Shown here: positions 51,889-64,000 of the stretch, piece by piece
Numbering within the stretch: the stretch's first letter is position 1
Layout of the letters: the number at the start of each line of letters is the position of its first letter
DNA from: Perna viridis
Lineage: Eukaryota
NCBI GenBank assembly: GCA_037379345.1
Contig: CM074518.1
Span: 806,001-870,000, forward strand
Direction: 5' to 3'
Length of the DNA stretch: 64,000 nucleotides
Made by a program: the position numbers and the translations under genes
The notes under the pieces: model-generated
What the model was told of the DNA's origin: nothing
What the model saw: only the letters and a program-made list of their open reading frames with translations
Database searches by the model: none

Positions 51889-53569
51889 CTATAAATCAAT
51901 ATACAGTTGATGTCGAATATCAATATACAGTTCAACTGCATCATCTGTAGTTTGAGGGAATCCTTTATTTAATTCTTCCACATATATCATAAAAAGTTCA
52001 TAAAAATCTTCTTCTCGTGGTAATTGTCCCCGAAATGTGCATTCTTCTCTACAGGCTTCGATGTAAACAGACTGGACGTGGTTCAAATAGCTTCTGGTAC
52101 CATACAAGTGAGGAAGTACATACATGACACTTGGTTTACCATCAGGACAGTTCTGATTTTTAGTTGGTCTGATATTATGCGAATTCCATTCAATAACCAT
52201 GCGGTTAATATCTTTCTGAAACAAGATTACAATGTGATAACAATATAATTACTGTCTATTTTCAAATTGTACACATGCCTTTTACATATAACTGTAGGTT
52301 TTAATGATTTTTTTCTGATTTTGAGTTATATAAAGATCCGATTTAAAAAAAAACGCACCTCAATGCTTTAGCAGGTTTACACAATAAAATTCGTCTTTAA
52401 AGTTATTTAAAGGTGAAAGAGGGGGTTTCTAATGCTTTTAGGCTATTTGAACTGAATGTTGAGTTTTGATATTGTCTAATTGTGTGAAACGATTTCAATT
52501 GTACTACGCGAAAATGGTGCTCAGTAACTGTCGCATTGTGTCGAGGTATCGAGGAACGGAATGTCAACATCAAACATTGTTGGTAACCATAACGCATGCT
52601 TAAGCTTTTTTTAAAGATAAGCAAATCCAAACATGACGAGGAACTATCATGCGCACATGTCTGTTCAGTAGATGAAAAGGATAAGATGTACGAAATAACT
52701 TTTAGAAGTTTTGACAATAGCTTAGTATAGGGTGAAAGCCGTGTAATAACAGTAAATTTATAGTTACCTGAATCAAACGAAGAAAACAGATCTGCATCAG
52801 ATTTTTGTCGACATGGTTCCCAATAAACTGCCCATTATCGAGAAGGGCTGAAAGAACATCTATCCAGAACTGTGAGCATTGCCCTGGGAAAAAACTCCAT
52901 AGCATTTCAATACGCTGATTTCCCGTACTTTTACCATATATAAAACTCTCTTCGCGATTGGTTAGAAATTCTTGCATTATGCAATATGTCCGTTTTCAGT
53001 ACCCATATCTCCTCTTACACGATGTGGACAACCACCTCTTTTGCTTACTTCAATGAAGTACCCTGCGACTACTTTTGGGTCACTGCTGGTTTAATTTGCA
53101 CATAGCCATATTATGTTTCTGGAAAACCCGTCAATACATCCATTTATGCAGATACCAAATTTCTTAAGCTTGTCATATGAATCTACATGCCATAAAAAGT
53201 CTGGACCAAATGCAAAGTACTTTCGTCTACGGAGGCGGAGTTTTAATCGAAACTCGATGCCCTTTTTGTCCAAAATTTGCATTAAAATACTCACAGCCAC
53301 CCTTGAGACACATATTCCATGTGAATACATCTTAAATGCATTGCGCGATATCTTAGTTGACTACCACCATCTAGTTGTCCTTGGATAAATTCAGCTACTT
53401 CGAAAATATCATTTCGAAATTTGCGTCTGAATAAGCTCTCTTTTCTGAATATTCTCTTCAATGTTGTCATACTTATAGTAATATGATGATGTTGTGCTAA
53501 AAACTCTAATATTTCAGAATATCTAAATCCAAAGTCAAAATAAAAGCGGCATATCCTTTCTCGGTCCAT
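51889..53569 (-). pseudogene. Disrupted two-exon IS3/IS481-like (integrase core) DDE transposase
   Basis: Exon 53569-52768, GT-AG intron 52767-52216, exon 52215-51889. Motifs GPDFLWHVDSYDKLK..IDGFSR, RGDMGTEN, NQRIEMLW, EWNSHNIR. Frameshifts near 53325 and 52980 and an in-frame TAA at 53091. Confidence 0.85.
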
Positions 53570-53622
53570 ATTTAATGCAATTGTTTAGGGATGTGGCCGT
53601 TTAAATCGTTTATATACATGTA

Positions 53623-53712
53623 CTAAGTTGATATAACAAGTTAGCTAAGTTGATATAACAAGATAGCTAAGTTGATATAACAAGTTAGGTAAGTTGATAT
53701 GACAAGTTAGTT
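53623..53712. repeat. 22-bp subterminal tandem repeat of the IS3EU-like element
   Basis: (CTAAGTTGATATAACAAGTTAG) x4; related inverted motifs at 49180-49223. Confidence 0.8.
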
Positions 53713-54040
53713 AAGAGTAATCAAGGGAACCAAGGTCATAGCGGTAATCAAAAGAATGTAATCCAGGGACAATGACCAGACATGGAAAATAGACACACAC
53801 AACAAAGAACATAAAGCAACTAAAATCATACATACAAAGTAACAAAAGTAAATGAGCAACTCGCACTCCACTAAAAACTGGGAGCATGGACCAGGTGCAC
53901 CGGTAGGGCAAGCGTCCTCCGCCTTTCTAGAAACACCCGCCGAGTTGCTCATAAAAAGTCAAGTCCGGGATAGACAAACGAGAAAGGGAAAATTATGACC
54001 CGTTGAATAAATCAGTTTTCATGGTGCTGATGGATACACC
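53713..54040 (-). mobile_element. Penelope-like element 3' fragment, copy 3, inserted in the transposon's subterminal repeats
   Basis: Reverse complement of about 44868-45186. ORF 53707-53952 is nearly identical to the peptides of copies 1 and 2. Confidence 0.75.
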
Positions 54041-54105
54041 ATAAGTCAAGTTGTTATAACAAGATAAAAAAAAGAGCTTCACATGGTACTAACGGGCTTC
54101 CGTCG

Positions 54106-54340
54106 TATGGACCAGGTGCATTGGTAAGGAAACTTCACCCAGACAATATGAATCCGGTAGGATAACTCCACCAAAACATCTTATCTACCTAAGTGTATGC
54201 ATTGGCAATGTAACTCCACCAAAACATCTACCTAAATGTATGCACTTTTAGGGTAATTCCACCAAAACATCTTATCTACCTAAGTGTATGCACTGGTAGG
54301 GTAACTCCACCAAAACATAAACATCTACCTAAGTGTATGG
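54106..54340. repeat. Degenerate ~50-bp tandem repeat related to the 52-bp satellite
   Basis: ATGCACTGGTAGGGTAACTCCACCAAAACAT-like units. Confidence 0.7.
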
Positions 54341-56029
54341 CAAGCCGTTCTCATATTTATTCCATATTTAAGAAATCTCATAAAATATATCAGACATCTT
54401 ATATGTTGTATAAGATATCTCATTTCCCTATTTTAGCTTTTTTTTCTTGCTTTAATAGAAGGAATGAATCCATATTAAAAGAAACGCAACACAAAATGAA
54501 TACTATTTTCATTAATCTCATAAACTGAAATAATTCTATTTCATCAAAACAGTTGGGTCTCTGTAACCCTGAATGAAACATAAAACAAAAATCACGTTAT
54601 AACACTAAGACCACATTTAATCGCTCACTTAACTGATCTGAAGTTGATCTGAAAAAATCTGAATAGATTAAGAAGAAATTTACCAAAGATCTTTATCCAA
54701 TTGATATTCAAATTTTAATAAGCATACTATTACCATTGTTAAGATAAATTCAGATGATGATTCACCTTTCAAACGGCGAAACTGCTAAGAATAATTTGTA
54801 CAAGGAACCATCCAATGTCTTTTCCACCGGGTTCTGCAAATTGGGAAATGTCATTTCTACTGTAGAAACAATAGATGCGGTTTCGATAAATTCATTATCT
54901 TTGTTATATTATGATATTGGTTTTGATACTGTGAAATGTATTTATCGGAATCGCATCTATTGATCCTATTGTAAACATGACCTCGTCGATTCGCACAATG
55001 TGAACACGGAGTTTGACGGCAACGAATTACAAGGTCCAGTCAAAAGTGAGTTTTTTTTTTGTTTACACTGCATCAACCGATTTTTCACAATCCTTTTTCT
55101 ATTTAATACAGATTTATTTTGACCGCTTGGGGGGAAAGGGAAAAGGGGATGGGGTGTCTTGCGTTTGGGACTCGGCTGTACAGACCCTGAGAAAAAAAGA
55201 AAAGAAAAAGAGAGATATACCTAAAAACAACGCTTTAAACATTTTAAAGTTTATTTCCATGGACGTTTTTACTGTTTATGTAACATTTTGATAATTACTT
55301 TTGTCACGTGAATTACCTATAAGTTGGTATTAATATGTATGTAGTTTTTTTAACTCCATACTCGACTTTTTCAACACATATTCACGATTTTGATTGTTTA
55401 CAATAGTCGTTTATAGTTTACAGAGGTGTGTTTTTTCGACGCAGCCGCAATAGCGAATAACGTCTATATACTATATTAGATATCTTATATAGTATATGAG
55501 ATATCTTATATAATATATAAGATATCTTAATTATTATATCAAGATATCTCCTTTCGTTTCGTATTTCAGTTGAAATCTTCAAGAAAATTATTTTGGTATA
55601 ACAAACTTTTTTTTCGCATGATTTATAGCCATGTTCTATCAAGTTCAAGGTCAATCCCGGCATTATTTACTTTATTTACACTATGATACTTTTAATTGAA
55701 AGAAATCGCTTAAGTGTGAATTGTTTTTTGACGGGACCCTTTTGTGTCGGTGAGCTGCACAATTGTTGCTGTACTATTATAAAATAAATTATACTCACGT
55801 GCAATATGACGACAGAACATGTCATGCTCACCCTTCCGGAGTACCTGGTGTCACTCCAGGATTTTTGTGGGAGCTTTATGTTTTTGTTTGTTTGTTTTTT
55901 CTTAATTTCATTTGTATTTTCCTTGGCTTGCTTTTGTGTATTGTGTATGTAGATTGTCTGTTTTCACGTTCAGGCCATGTTTTGATATTTTGAATTATCC
56001 CACTGCCGATGCTTTTATTTTGCTGATAT

Positions 56030-57065
56030 TTATGGACCAGGTGCATCTGTAATGTTAACTCTGAGACAGTATGGACCATGGGCACTGGTAGGGTAACTCT
56101 GGTTATGTTCAAAACCGTGTGGATTAGGTGCTTAAGTAAGGTATAACTCGCTCAAAACAGAATGGGTAAGGTGCATAGGTAGGGTAACTGACTTTGACAC
56201 CAAAACAGTTAGCATGAACCAGGTGCACTCGGGTAAGGTAACTCTGACTCCAACCCAAATATATAGTATTGGCCAGGTTCACCAGTAAGGTATCTCTGAC
56301 TCCATTCAAAACAAATAGTATGGACCAGGAGCATGGGCAATGAAATTCTGACCTCACCAAAACAGATAGTTTGGACCAGGTACATTTGGTAGAGTAACCC
56401 CAATAAACACATAGTATTGACCAGATGTATTGGTAGGGTAACTCTGACTCTATCCAAAACAGATAGTATTGACCAGATATATTGGTAGGGTAACTCTGAC
56501 TCTATCCAAAACAGATAGTATTGACCAGATGTATTGGTAGGGTAACTCTGACTCTATCCAAAACAGATAGTATTGACCAGATGTATTGGTAGGGTAACTC
56601 TGACTCTATCCAAAACAGATAGTATTGACCAGATGTATTGGTAGGGTATCTCTGACTCTATCCAAAACAGATAGTATTGACCAGATGTATTGGTAGGGTA
56701 TCTCTGACTCTATCCAAAACAGATAGTATTGACCAGATGTATTGGTAGGGTAACTCTGACTCTATCCAAAACAGATAGTATTGACCAGATGTATTGGTAG
56801 GGTAACTCTGGCTCTATCCAAAACAGATAGTATTGACCAGATGTATTGGTAGGGTAACTCTGACTCTATCCAAAACAGATAGTATTGACCAGATGTATTG
56901 GTAGGGTAACTCTGACTCTATCCAAAACAGATAGTATGGATCAGTTGAATTTGGTAAAGTATCACAGACTTCAATAAAACTGATGATATGGACCATGTGC
57001 ATTGGTAGGGTTACCCTGACATCCCCCAAAACGGAAAATGTTGACCTGATGAATAGGTAGGGTGA
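56030..57065. repeat. 52-bp satellite array (homogeneous core 56410-56935, diverged flanks) derived from the PLE 3' domain
   Basis: Unit TGGTAGGGTAACTCTGACTCTATCCAAAACAGATAGTATTGACCAGATGTAT. The reverse complement aligns without gaps to 45001-45052 (41/52). Confidence 0.9.
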
Positions 57066-57157
57066 GTTTCCAGTGTAATTTGGAACCACATGTCTATCTT
57101 TCAACAAACTAAGAGACCTAACATACAATGAAAAAAGTTAGAAACTGATATTTAAAT

Positions 57158-57163
57158 TTTATT
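57158..57163 (-). terminator. Candidate polyA signal of the RIPOR-like gene
   Basis: AATAAA on the - strand at the end of an AT-rich stretch about 780 nt past the stop codon. Confidence 0.4.
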
Positions 57164-57942
57164 CCATTATCATATATATTCAATATATATAATATTGTAA
57201 CATAATTAATATAAAGACTTTGACTAGACTATATAATAGTAAATAATATTTACCGGTAATTATTTTATTTACAATGTAATAATCTCAAAGGTTTTGACTA
57301 AAAAGCAGCAATGTAACTTACAACTGACAAAACAAGTATTACATAAATATTGTAACCTGAAAATATAGCAGGATAAAACATTTAAAGATGGATGGTTATT
57401 TTTTTCTTAAGTTAAAAAATATGCTGAAAAAAATTAAAGAGATCAAAGGCAACTAACATAAAAAGTCTGATAGAAAGTTGTCAGTTTAATTCGAATAATC
57501 AGTTAATCTCTCATAGTGGTCGGTTCCAGCACTTACTGAGAAGTTGTCATTTATTCTCTCTTAGTAATTACTGAAAAATTGTCAGTTCTAGTAATTCCTG
57601 GCAAGTTGTCAGTTCTAGTACTTACTGAGAAGTTGTCGATTAATCTCAAAGTAATTACCGTTTTAAACAACTTCATTGGGCAGTAGAATGAACTTTGGAA
57701 ATACATTAAAAGTTTGTTAATAACTGTATGTAATCTAAAAGGAAAGGAGTTCTCTGTGTTTTCCATTGTATCACTTTACATTGATTCAGATTAAATAAGG
57801 ATCAAATGTGCTTCTTAAATCATATAATAAAGTATTGTAAATGAAGAGAAGATCATACAACATTATTTCCCGTTTTCTCCACAGTTTAACATCTGTTACT
57901 ATGGTAGCTTCACTCTGTTACTATCATAACAACTCTACTGTC

Positions 57943-60900
57943 CTATTTTTTCACCTGAAAGCCTTGAAATCCATGTGTAGTCAGCTGTGATTCATCAAAA
58001 GCATGTCTCCCCTCCTCCCCTGAAAAAAAAAATAATTCAGTATACATCAAACCTAAATAACTTTATTTAGAATAAAACTAAGAATATAATAATTATGGAC
58101 TGACAGTTGGTTGTTTTAATAATACATACTCTAAAATATGAAAATGAATCTAAAAAAATCTATAAATGATTTACTACTAGTGGAATCTTTTCTGATATTT
58201 CATGCACAAAAAAATTACACAGATTTTGCATTTGTATTATAAGCATTGTTTCCTGTATGTTATCTCCCCCAGTGACATTTGGAGAAGAAAAAAAAAGCCA
58301 AACCGTAAACAATTGTCTGTTGTTATAATGGAGATTGGTGATACTATTTGCACTGAGCAAAGTCACATTTAAGACATTTCCAAGGAAGAATCATGAAATT
58401 CATTGAAAACATAAAAACCAGGAGGGATTTGGGAAGATTACTGATGTATATAGATTAGTACATAGCTTTTCAAATATTGCCATGTAATCAGCTCTAAATT
58501 GATATCTATCATCTGAATAAAGCCTTGATCCAATATCATGGTCTACGGATGATATAAGGGCAATTGTAAAAAGGCCATGTATCAATTTGGAATTAAAACA
58601 GTACCCCTTTTTGGAATTTAAAGCAATATTCCTTCCTTGATACATGTTTATAATCCTTATAGACATTAACAAATGTACACCAATCTATCAATAGTTACCA
58701 TGGTTACTTACCAAGTGATAGTAATGCTGCTTTAGCTTGCCCCTGAATACCAGATGACGGATCAGTTTGACAAATGTACACAAATCTATCAATAGTTATC
58801 ATGGTTACTTACCAAGTGATATTAATGCTGCTTTAGCTTGCCCCTGAATACCAGATGACGGATCAGTTTGACAAATGTACACCAATCTATCAATAGTTAC
58901 CATGGTTACTTACCAAGTGATAGTAATGCTGCTTTAGCTTGTTCCTGAACACCAGATGACGGATCAGTTTGACAAATGTACACCAATCTATCAATACTTT
59001 CTGTCGCCTAAAAGTTAGAAATACATACATGATGAGGTGGATATAAGATCAGTGTCCAACTTCATAAAACATCTCAAATTAAGATTTTCCTCAAATCCTT
59101 TCTCAACCCAAATTTCAACCTGTCAGATCATTGAAATTGAAGATTTGAGGAAAAACACAGGAATTGAGGAAATTCACAACTTGAAATATTTTTATGAAAC
59201 CCAGGCCAGGTCAACAAGCATGCACTCTTTCCCTACACAATAAGGTTTTAATAATTGATACCAATACTTGGTGCACCATGGTTTCAGGAATTTGTTTATG
59301 CCCCCACCACTGTTAGGGCATACAGGTTTACCCTTGTCCATCATTTTGTCGTTCCATTAGTTTATAAATGCCTTTTTATTTGAAATATTCCTAAATCCAT
59401 CCATATTATTGATATTTCAAGTATGTTGTTTATCTTCAGTATTGGATCAAGGTTATGCCAACTGTACTTTCTTGGGTCGTATACTGTACTTGGGTTGTAC
59501 AATGTATTCTTTCCTTTTACTGGTGTACAGTTATTGTCTCTGTTCTGAACATATAAACTCTACATCAATAAAAATAGTAACAAAATTGCTTTTTAAAATT
59601 TAAACACTGTATTATGCTCATCATTATTTGAAACCATGAAAATTGATTTCCACAACTGTACTGACTTGACAGAAACCTGGAAAAATGAGTATGTTGACAG
59701 TATGGTAATTAACATACCTCTAAAATCTGGAGAGCTTTACAAGAGCCAGCTCTTATATCTGAAGTTTTATCTTCTAATCCTTCAGCGAAAACAATCAGTG
59801 CCTGTAAAATAAAGTGGTTGCATACTCAAAAAGAAGGGTTTACAGGGGGTTCAAATTTACTTTCAATAGTGATATGTCCTACACTATTTTGGCATCTAAA
59901 ATAAAAGGTTCCCAAAAAAAAAAGTGAAAAGTCCGCAACCAGAGTTAACATAAATATGGTAGATTCAGGTTCTAGGTAAATAATATTACAAAGGTTCTGC
60001 ATGAGAAATTTTGGATTCCAGACTTAAGACCAGTGCTGATCTGAACCCCCTGAGAGATAACTCTATGTGCGGATTTTATGTTGAGTTAGAAATCTTTTTT
60101 CATGCAAGCCCAAAACTAATTTATTCAGCAAATTAAAATTAAGGGCCAAGTAAAACAAGGCAAGAAAATTTTGGGGATAGAATTTTGTGAACAATCAGGT
60201 TTTATAAAAATTTTTTTTCCAAATTTTAGGGAATGGTTGGCCCCATGCAAGCATTTCCTTGGATCTGAGCCTGATATTGGAATATTAAGGCACATGATTA
60301 AAAAGCCTACACATCTATGATTGCTATGACTACTATTTCCAGGGTTTAAGTATAATATAATACCTGGTCTCTTCTGTCCTTGTTCTTTTTAATTTTTCTC
60401 AAGTAAGATTCTGAAATAGAAATAATGTAGCATCATAACTGGTTTATTATTCTCCTAAACATATTTAGAGAATGTAGCAGTACAGTAATGGAAGGGCAAT
60501 AACTCTGTCACCTAGCATCTATACAAATGTACATACTCATAGTAATTTTCAATAACTGCAAATTAAGATAAAATAAAATAGATATCTCAAACCAAAAAAA
60601 GTTTAGAAAGGTAAAAAATTCATGAATAAATCAAGTCCATGGCTATAATGTCAATAAAATGCTCTTTACAATGCAGTTTGATACAAGTACAGAGGTTAGA
60701 TATATCTATTAAATTCTGAATAAAGTGATTAAATAATAGGCATAGCATTTAAGTTAAGCATTGGACAACAAGTGTTTGATTGCTTACCAACATACTCGGC
60801 CACCTCAGCGTCAGGTCCTATAAGGAGAACGCCAAGTATTTTGACGCACAGAGTTTGTGGTAGCTCTTCCTTTAGGGTTAGAATGGTCTTTATTACACTG

Positions 60901-62572
60901 TCTGTTTCTCCACAGCATAACTTCTCTACAAGGTTTACTGAAATGAATATTATATGTTGTTAATGCACTGTAATTTTCTGATGTATGTTACAAATTACTA
61001 TTGGATGTATTAAATATTGATGATGTATTTTAATCCAACTCTTCATTAACAATAATTTTGCTTAACTGACTGCAATAAAAAGTAACCAACAAATATTATG
61101 TTTTCCGCAGTAAGTCAAATTACAATTATGGGTTATTTCAACATTTTCCAAATTTGATAACAACAAAAATTGAAACATTAAATCCTCTGCCATTTTACAT
61201 TCATCCATTTTATAATTGATGCGGGTAGCTATTTTCATCCTTGGAAGAATATTTTTTCTTGTATTAAGGAACACAATTGGTTTCCACACATCCAGTAAAG
61301 CTAAATATTAGAAATAAATATTAAGTTTAGACTTTCGAAATTTTTTCAGACTTCAACATAAATACCAGTATTTCATGTACATGTAATAGAAAACAAACTG
61401 TTGACCTAGGTCACATGATCAACACACTTACTTTCATTGGCTACAGCATCTACATGTTGAAGTCCACCTTCCTCCTTAAAGTAGGTCATGAACTGATGAA
61501 GGGTCACTATACAGGTGGGTTTAATTGTCTCAGGGTCATAACTTAGGACATCAAGCATTCTCATAACTAAATGGCGAATAACTGAAAAATAATAATGTAC
61601 ATGTTAGAAATGACTGTCTAGTTCACCTTCATTATTATTTGACATTTTCCGAAAAAAACTTTATATAAATTAAAAATACTTTTATTCTTCTTTAGAAATC
61701 ATTTAAAATTTTTTAATTCCATTGAGTAAAACTGTGTTTTAGTGTAATTCATTGTGTAATGCATCTGTTTAAATATCAAGATCCTTCATCACTATTATAC
61801 AAGAAAATCTCTGCTGTATTTCATTATAAGTTTGTTCAGTATTGTTTTCTAATTAAAACCAAAGCAATCAACTGTTCATCATAAAAAGTAGAGGTAATGA
61901 GACAGTATACGTAAGGATAACATACAACAATACCTCGTTTAGGGTCTCTCTCATATTTACTACGTAACTGAGCACCATATTTTTGATCAAGGCAAGTAAC
62001 TAATTTCTCAGGTTGTATATACAGTAGATTTTGATCAGTACATCTCGCCCAGAACTCACGTAAACTTTTATCCTCTGTCAAACTGGACATTACTACAACA
62101 CAACAATAAGTTCTTAATTTAACAATAAAAATATAGATATCCTATAACCTAGGTATAAGTTGTTTATAGAAAATTTTGTTCCATGCTGATGACTTATTGT
62201 TTATCCTAGTCATTAACACTGAAGGTATTATCAGCTAAATGGCTGTCCTAAAGTATAGTTTGGTGATAAGAGTTTTTCAAGCATTTTAAGTTCTAATTGA
62301 TATCAGAATAATTACTATTTTCATTTTCAGTCAGATCATTTTGGCATATGTGTAGAAATTATTACCCACAATGCATTTGGTTTTAAAATGGTGGAGTGGT
62401 CCTTAATGATTGTATTTCACCAGTATGACCAAAGATACATACCAGAAAGTAGGTCAATCTCCGAACCATTTTCTGAGATTTTAATCAGACTTTCTATGAC
62501 ATCAGCTTGTTTTTGTAATCTGTCTAATGCATAGATTTCTCTGCATTTTAAAGGTCCATATACTCCCAAACT
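57943..62572 (-). CDS. RIPOR/FAM65-family protein (Rho family-interacting cell polarization regulator), 3' eight coding exons; gene continues beyond the window
   Basis: Exons 62572-62443, 62092-61934, 61581-61432, 60937-60788, 60410-60364, 59801-59718, 59007-58914, 58019-57943 (TAG), with consistent phases. The translation includes YGPLKCREIYALDRL and GSCKALQILEATESIDRLVYICQTDPSSGVQEQAKAALLSLGEEGR, which matches the RIPOR C-terminal ARM/HEAT-like region. The vertebrate paralogue cannot be assigned. Confidence 0.88.
58669..58996. repeat. 101-bp x3 tandem repeat duplicating most of a RIPOR exon plus its donor
   Basis: Minus-strand G|GTAAGT donors at 58914, 58813 and 58712. Confidence 0.9.
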
Positions 62573-62769
62573 CTGGAGAAATAAGCCATAAGATCACTTG
62601 AAAATTTCATTACTAAAATAATTTGTCAGAAAATTATTCTTATGTGCTCATTCAATATTAGTAATTCAGGAAATGAAGTTCAATGCATTTATTTTTGTTT
62701 CAGACAATACTCTCATTTTAATTGATAATCCTTATTACTTTAGACTGAGTGATGAAGCAGTACAAGTTT

Positions 62770-64000
62770 AGTTAATAAACAGCAGCAACCATTAGTACAT
62801 GACACACCCATCCCCAAGAAGGAAGGAATGATCAGTTAATAAACAGCTGTGCCATTAGCACATGATACACCCATCCCAAAGAAGGAAGGGGTGATCAGTT
62901 AATAAACAGCTGTGCCATTAGCACATGTTACACCCATCCCCTGGAAGGAAGGAATGATCAGTTAATAAACAGCTGTGCCATTAGCACATGATACATCCAT
63001 CCTGAAGAAGGAAGGGGTGATCAGTTAATAAACAGCTGTGCCATTAGCACATGTTACACCCATCCCCTGGAAGGAAGGAATGATCAGTTAATAAACAGCT
63101 GTGCCATTAGCACATGATACACCCATTCCCCAAAAAGGCAGGAATGATCAGTTAATAAACAGCTGTGCCATTAGTACATGATACACCCATCCCCTGGAAG
63201 GAAGGAATGATCAGTTAATAAACAGCTGTGCCCTTAGTACATGATACACCCATCCTCATAAAGGAAGGAATGATCAGTTAATAAACAGCTGTGCCATTAG
63301 CACATGATACACCCATCCCAAAGAAGGAAGGGGTGATCAGTTAATAAACAGCTGTGCCATTAGCACATGTTACACCCATCCCCTGGAAGGAAGGAATGAT
63401 CAGTTAATAAACAGCTGTGCCATTAGCACATGATACACCCATCCTGAAGAAGGAAGGGGTGATCAGTTAATAAACAGCTGTGCCATTAGCACATGTTACA
63501 CCCATCCCCTGGAAGGAAGGAATGATCAGTTAATAAACAGCTGTGCCATTAGCACATGATACACCCATTCCCCAAAAAGGCAGGAATGATCAGTTAATAA
63601 ACAGCTGTGCCATTAGTACATGATACACCCATCCCCTGGAAGGAAGGAATGATCAGTTAATAAACAGCTGTGCCATTAGCACATGATACACCCATCCTGA
63701 AGAAGGAAGGGGTGATCAGTTAATAAACAGCTGTGCCATTAGCACATGTTACACCCATCCCCTGGAAGGAAGGAATGATCAGTTAATAAACAGCTGTGCC
63801 ATTAGCACATGATACACCCATTCCCCAAAAAGGCAGGAATGATCAGTTAATAAACAGCTGTGCCATTAGTACATGATACACCCATCCCCTGGAAGGAAGG
63901 AATGATCAGTTAATAAACAGCTGTGCCATTAGCACATAATACACCCATTCCCCAAAAAGGCAGGAATGATCAGTTAATAAACAGCTGTGCCATTAGTACA
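62770..64000. repeat. 63-bp minisatellite (RIPOR intron), runs off the window
   Basis: Unit AGTTAATAAACAGCTGTGCCATTAGCACATGATACACCCATCCC...GAAGGAAGG..TGATC, about 19 copies. Confidence 0.95.

Larger units (their letters stand above)
49139..54105 (-). mobile_element. IS3EU-like eukaryotic DNA transposon, ~4.97 kb including nested insertions
   Basis: TIRs of about 55 bp: CTACGGAAGCCCGTTAGTACCACGTGGAGCTCTTTTTTTATCTTGTTATAACAACT and its inverse at 54049-54105. Direct repeat TATGGAC at 49132-49138 and 54106-54112. Internal integrase-like transposase. Confidence 0.8.

Overview
AT-rich, intron-containing animal genomic DNA, not prokaryotic. The repeat landscape (HINE-like elements, Penelope-like 3' fragments, many 50-63 bp minisatellites) looks like a bivalve mollusc, which is an inference. 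Three host genes were spliced by hand. (1) A complete 10-coding-exon eIF3m on + (2655-14783, 385 aa). (2) A complete BDP1 (TFIIIB B'' subunit, SANT domain) on - (40987-21260, 11 coding exons, about 956 aa), converging on eIF3m. (3) The 3' eight coding exons of a RIPOR/FAM65-family gene on - (62572-57943). Mobile DNA includes CR1-group LINE fragments, three 3' fragments of a Penelope-like retroelement, a 5 kb IS3EU-like DNA transposon with TIRs, a target duplication and a disrupted intron-containing DDE transposase, and several MITEs and HINEs. The most notable observations are: a stem-enclosed pseudoknot-like RNA domain downstream of the Penelope-like RT, whose 52-nt core has been amplified into a tandem satellite; a mirror-image Forkhead + RFX X-box + ATG candidate bidirectional promoter inside eIF3m intron 1; repeated tandem duplication of exon 3' ends with their splice donors; and a 1.2-1.7 kb inverted duplication linking eIF3m intron 2 and the BDP1 3' region.
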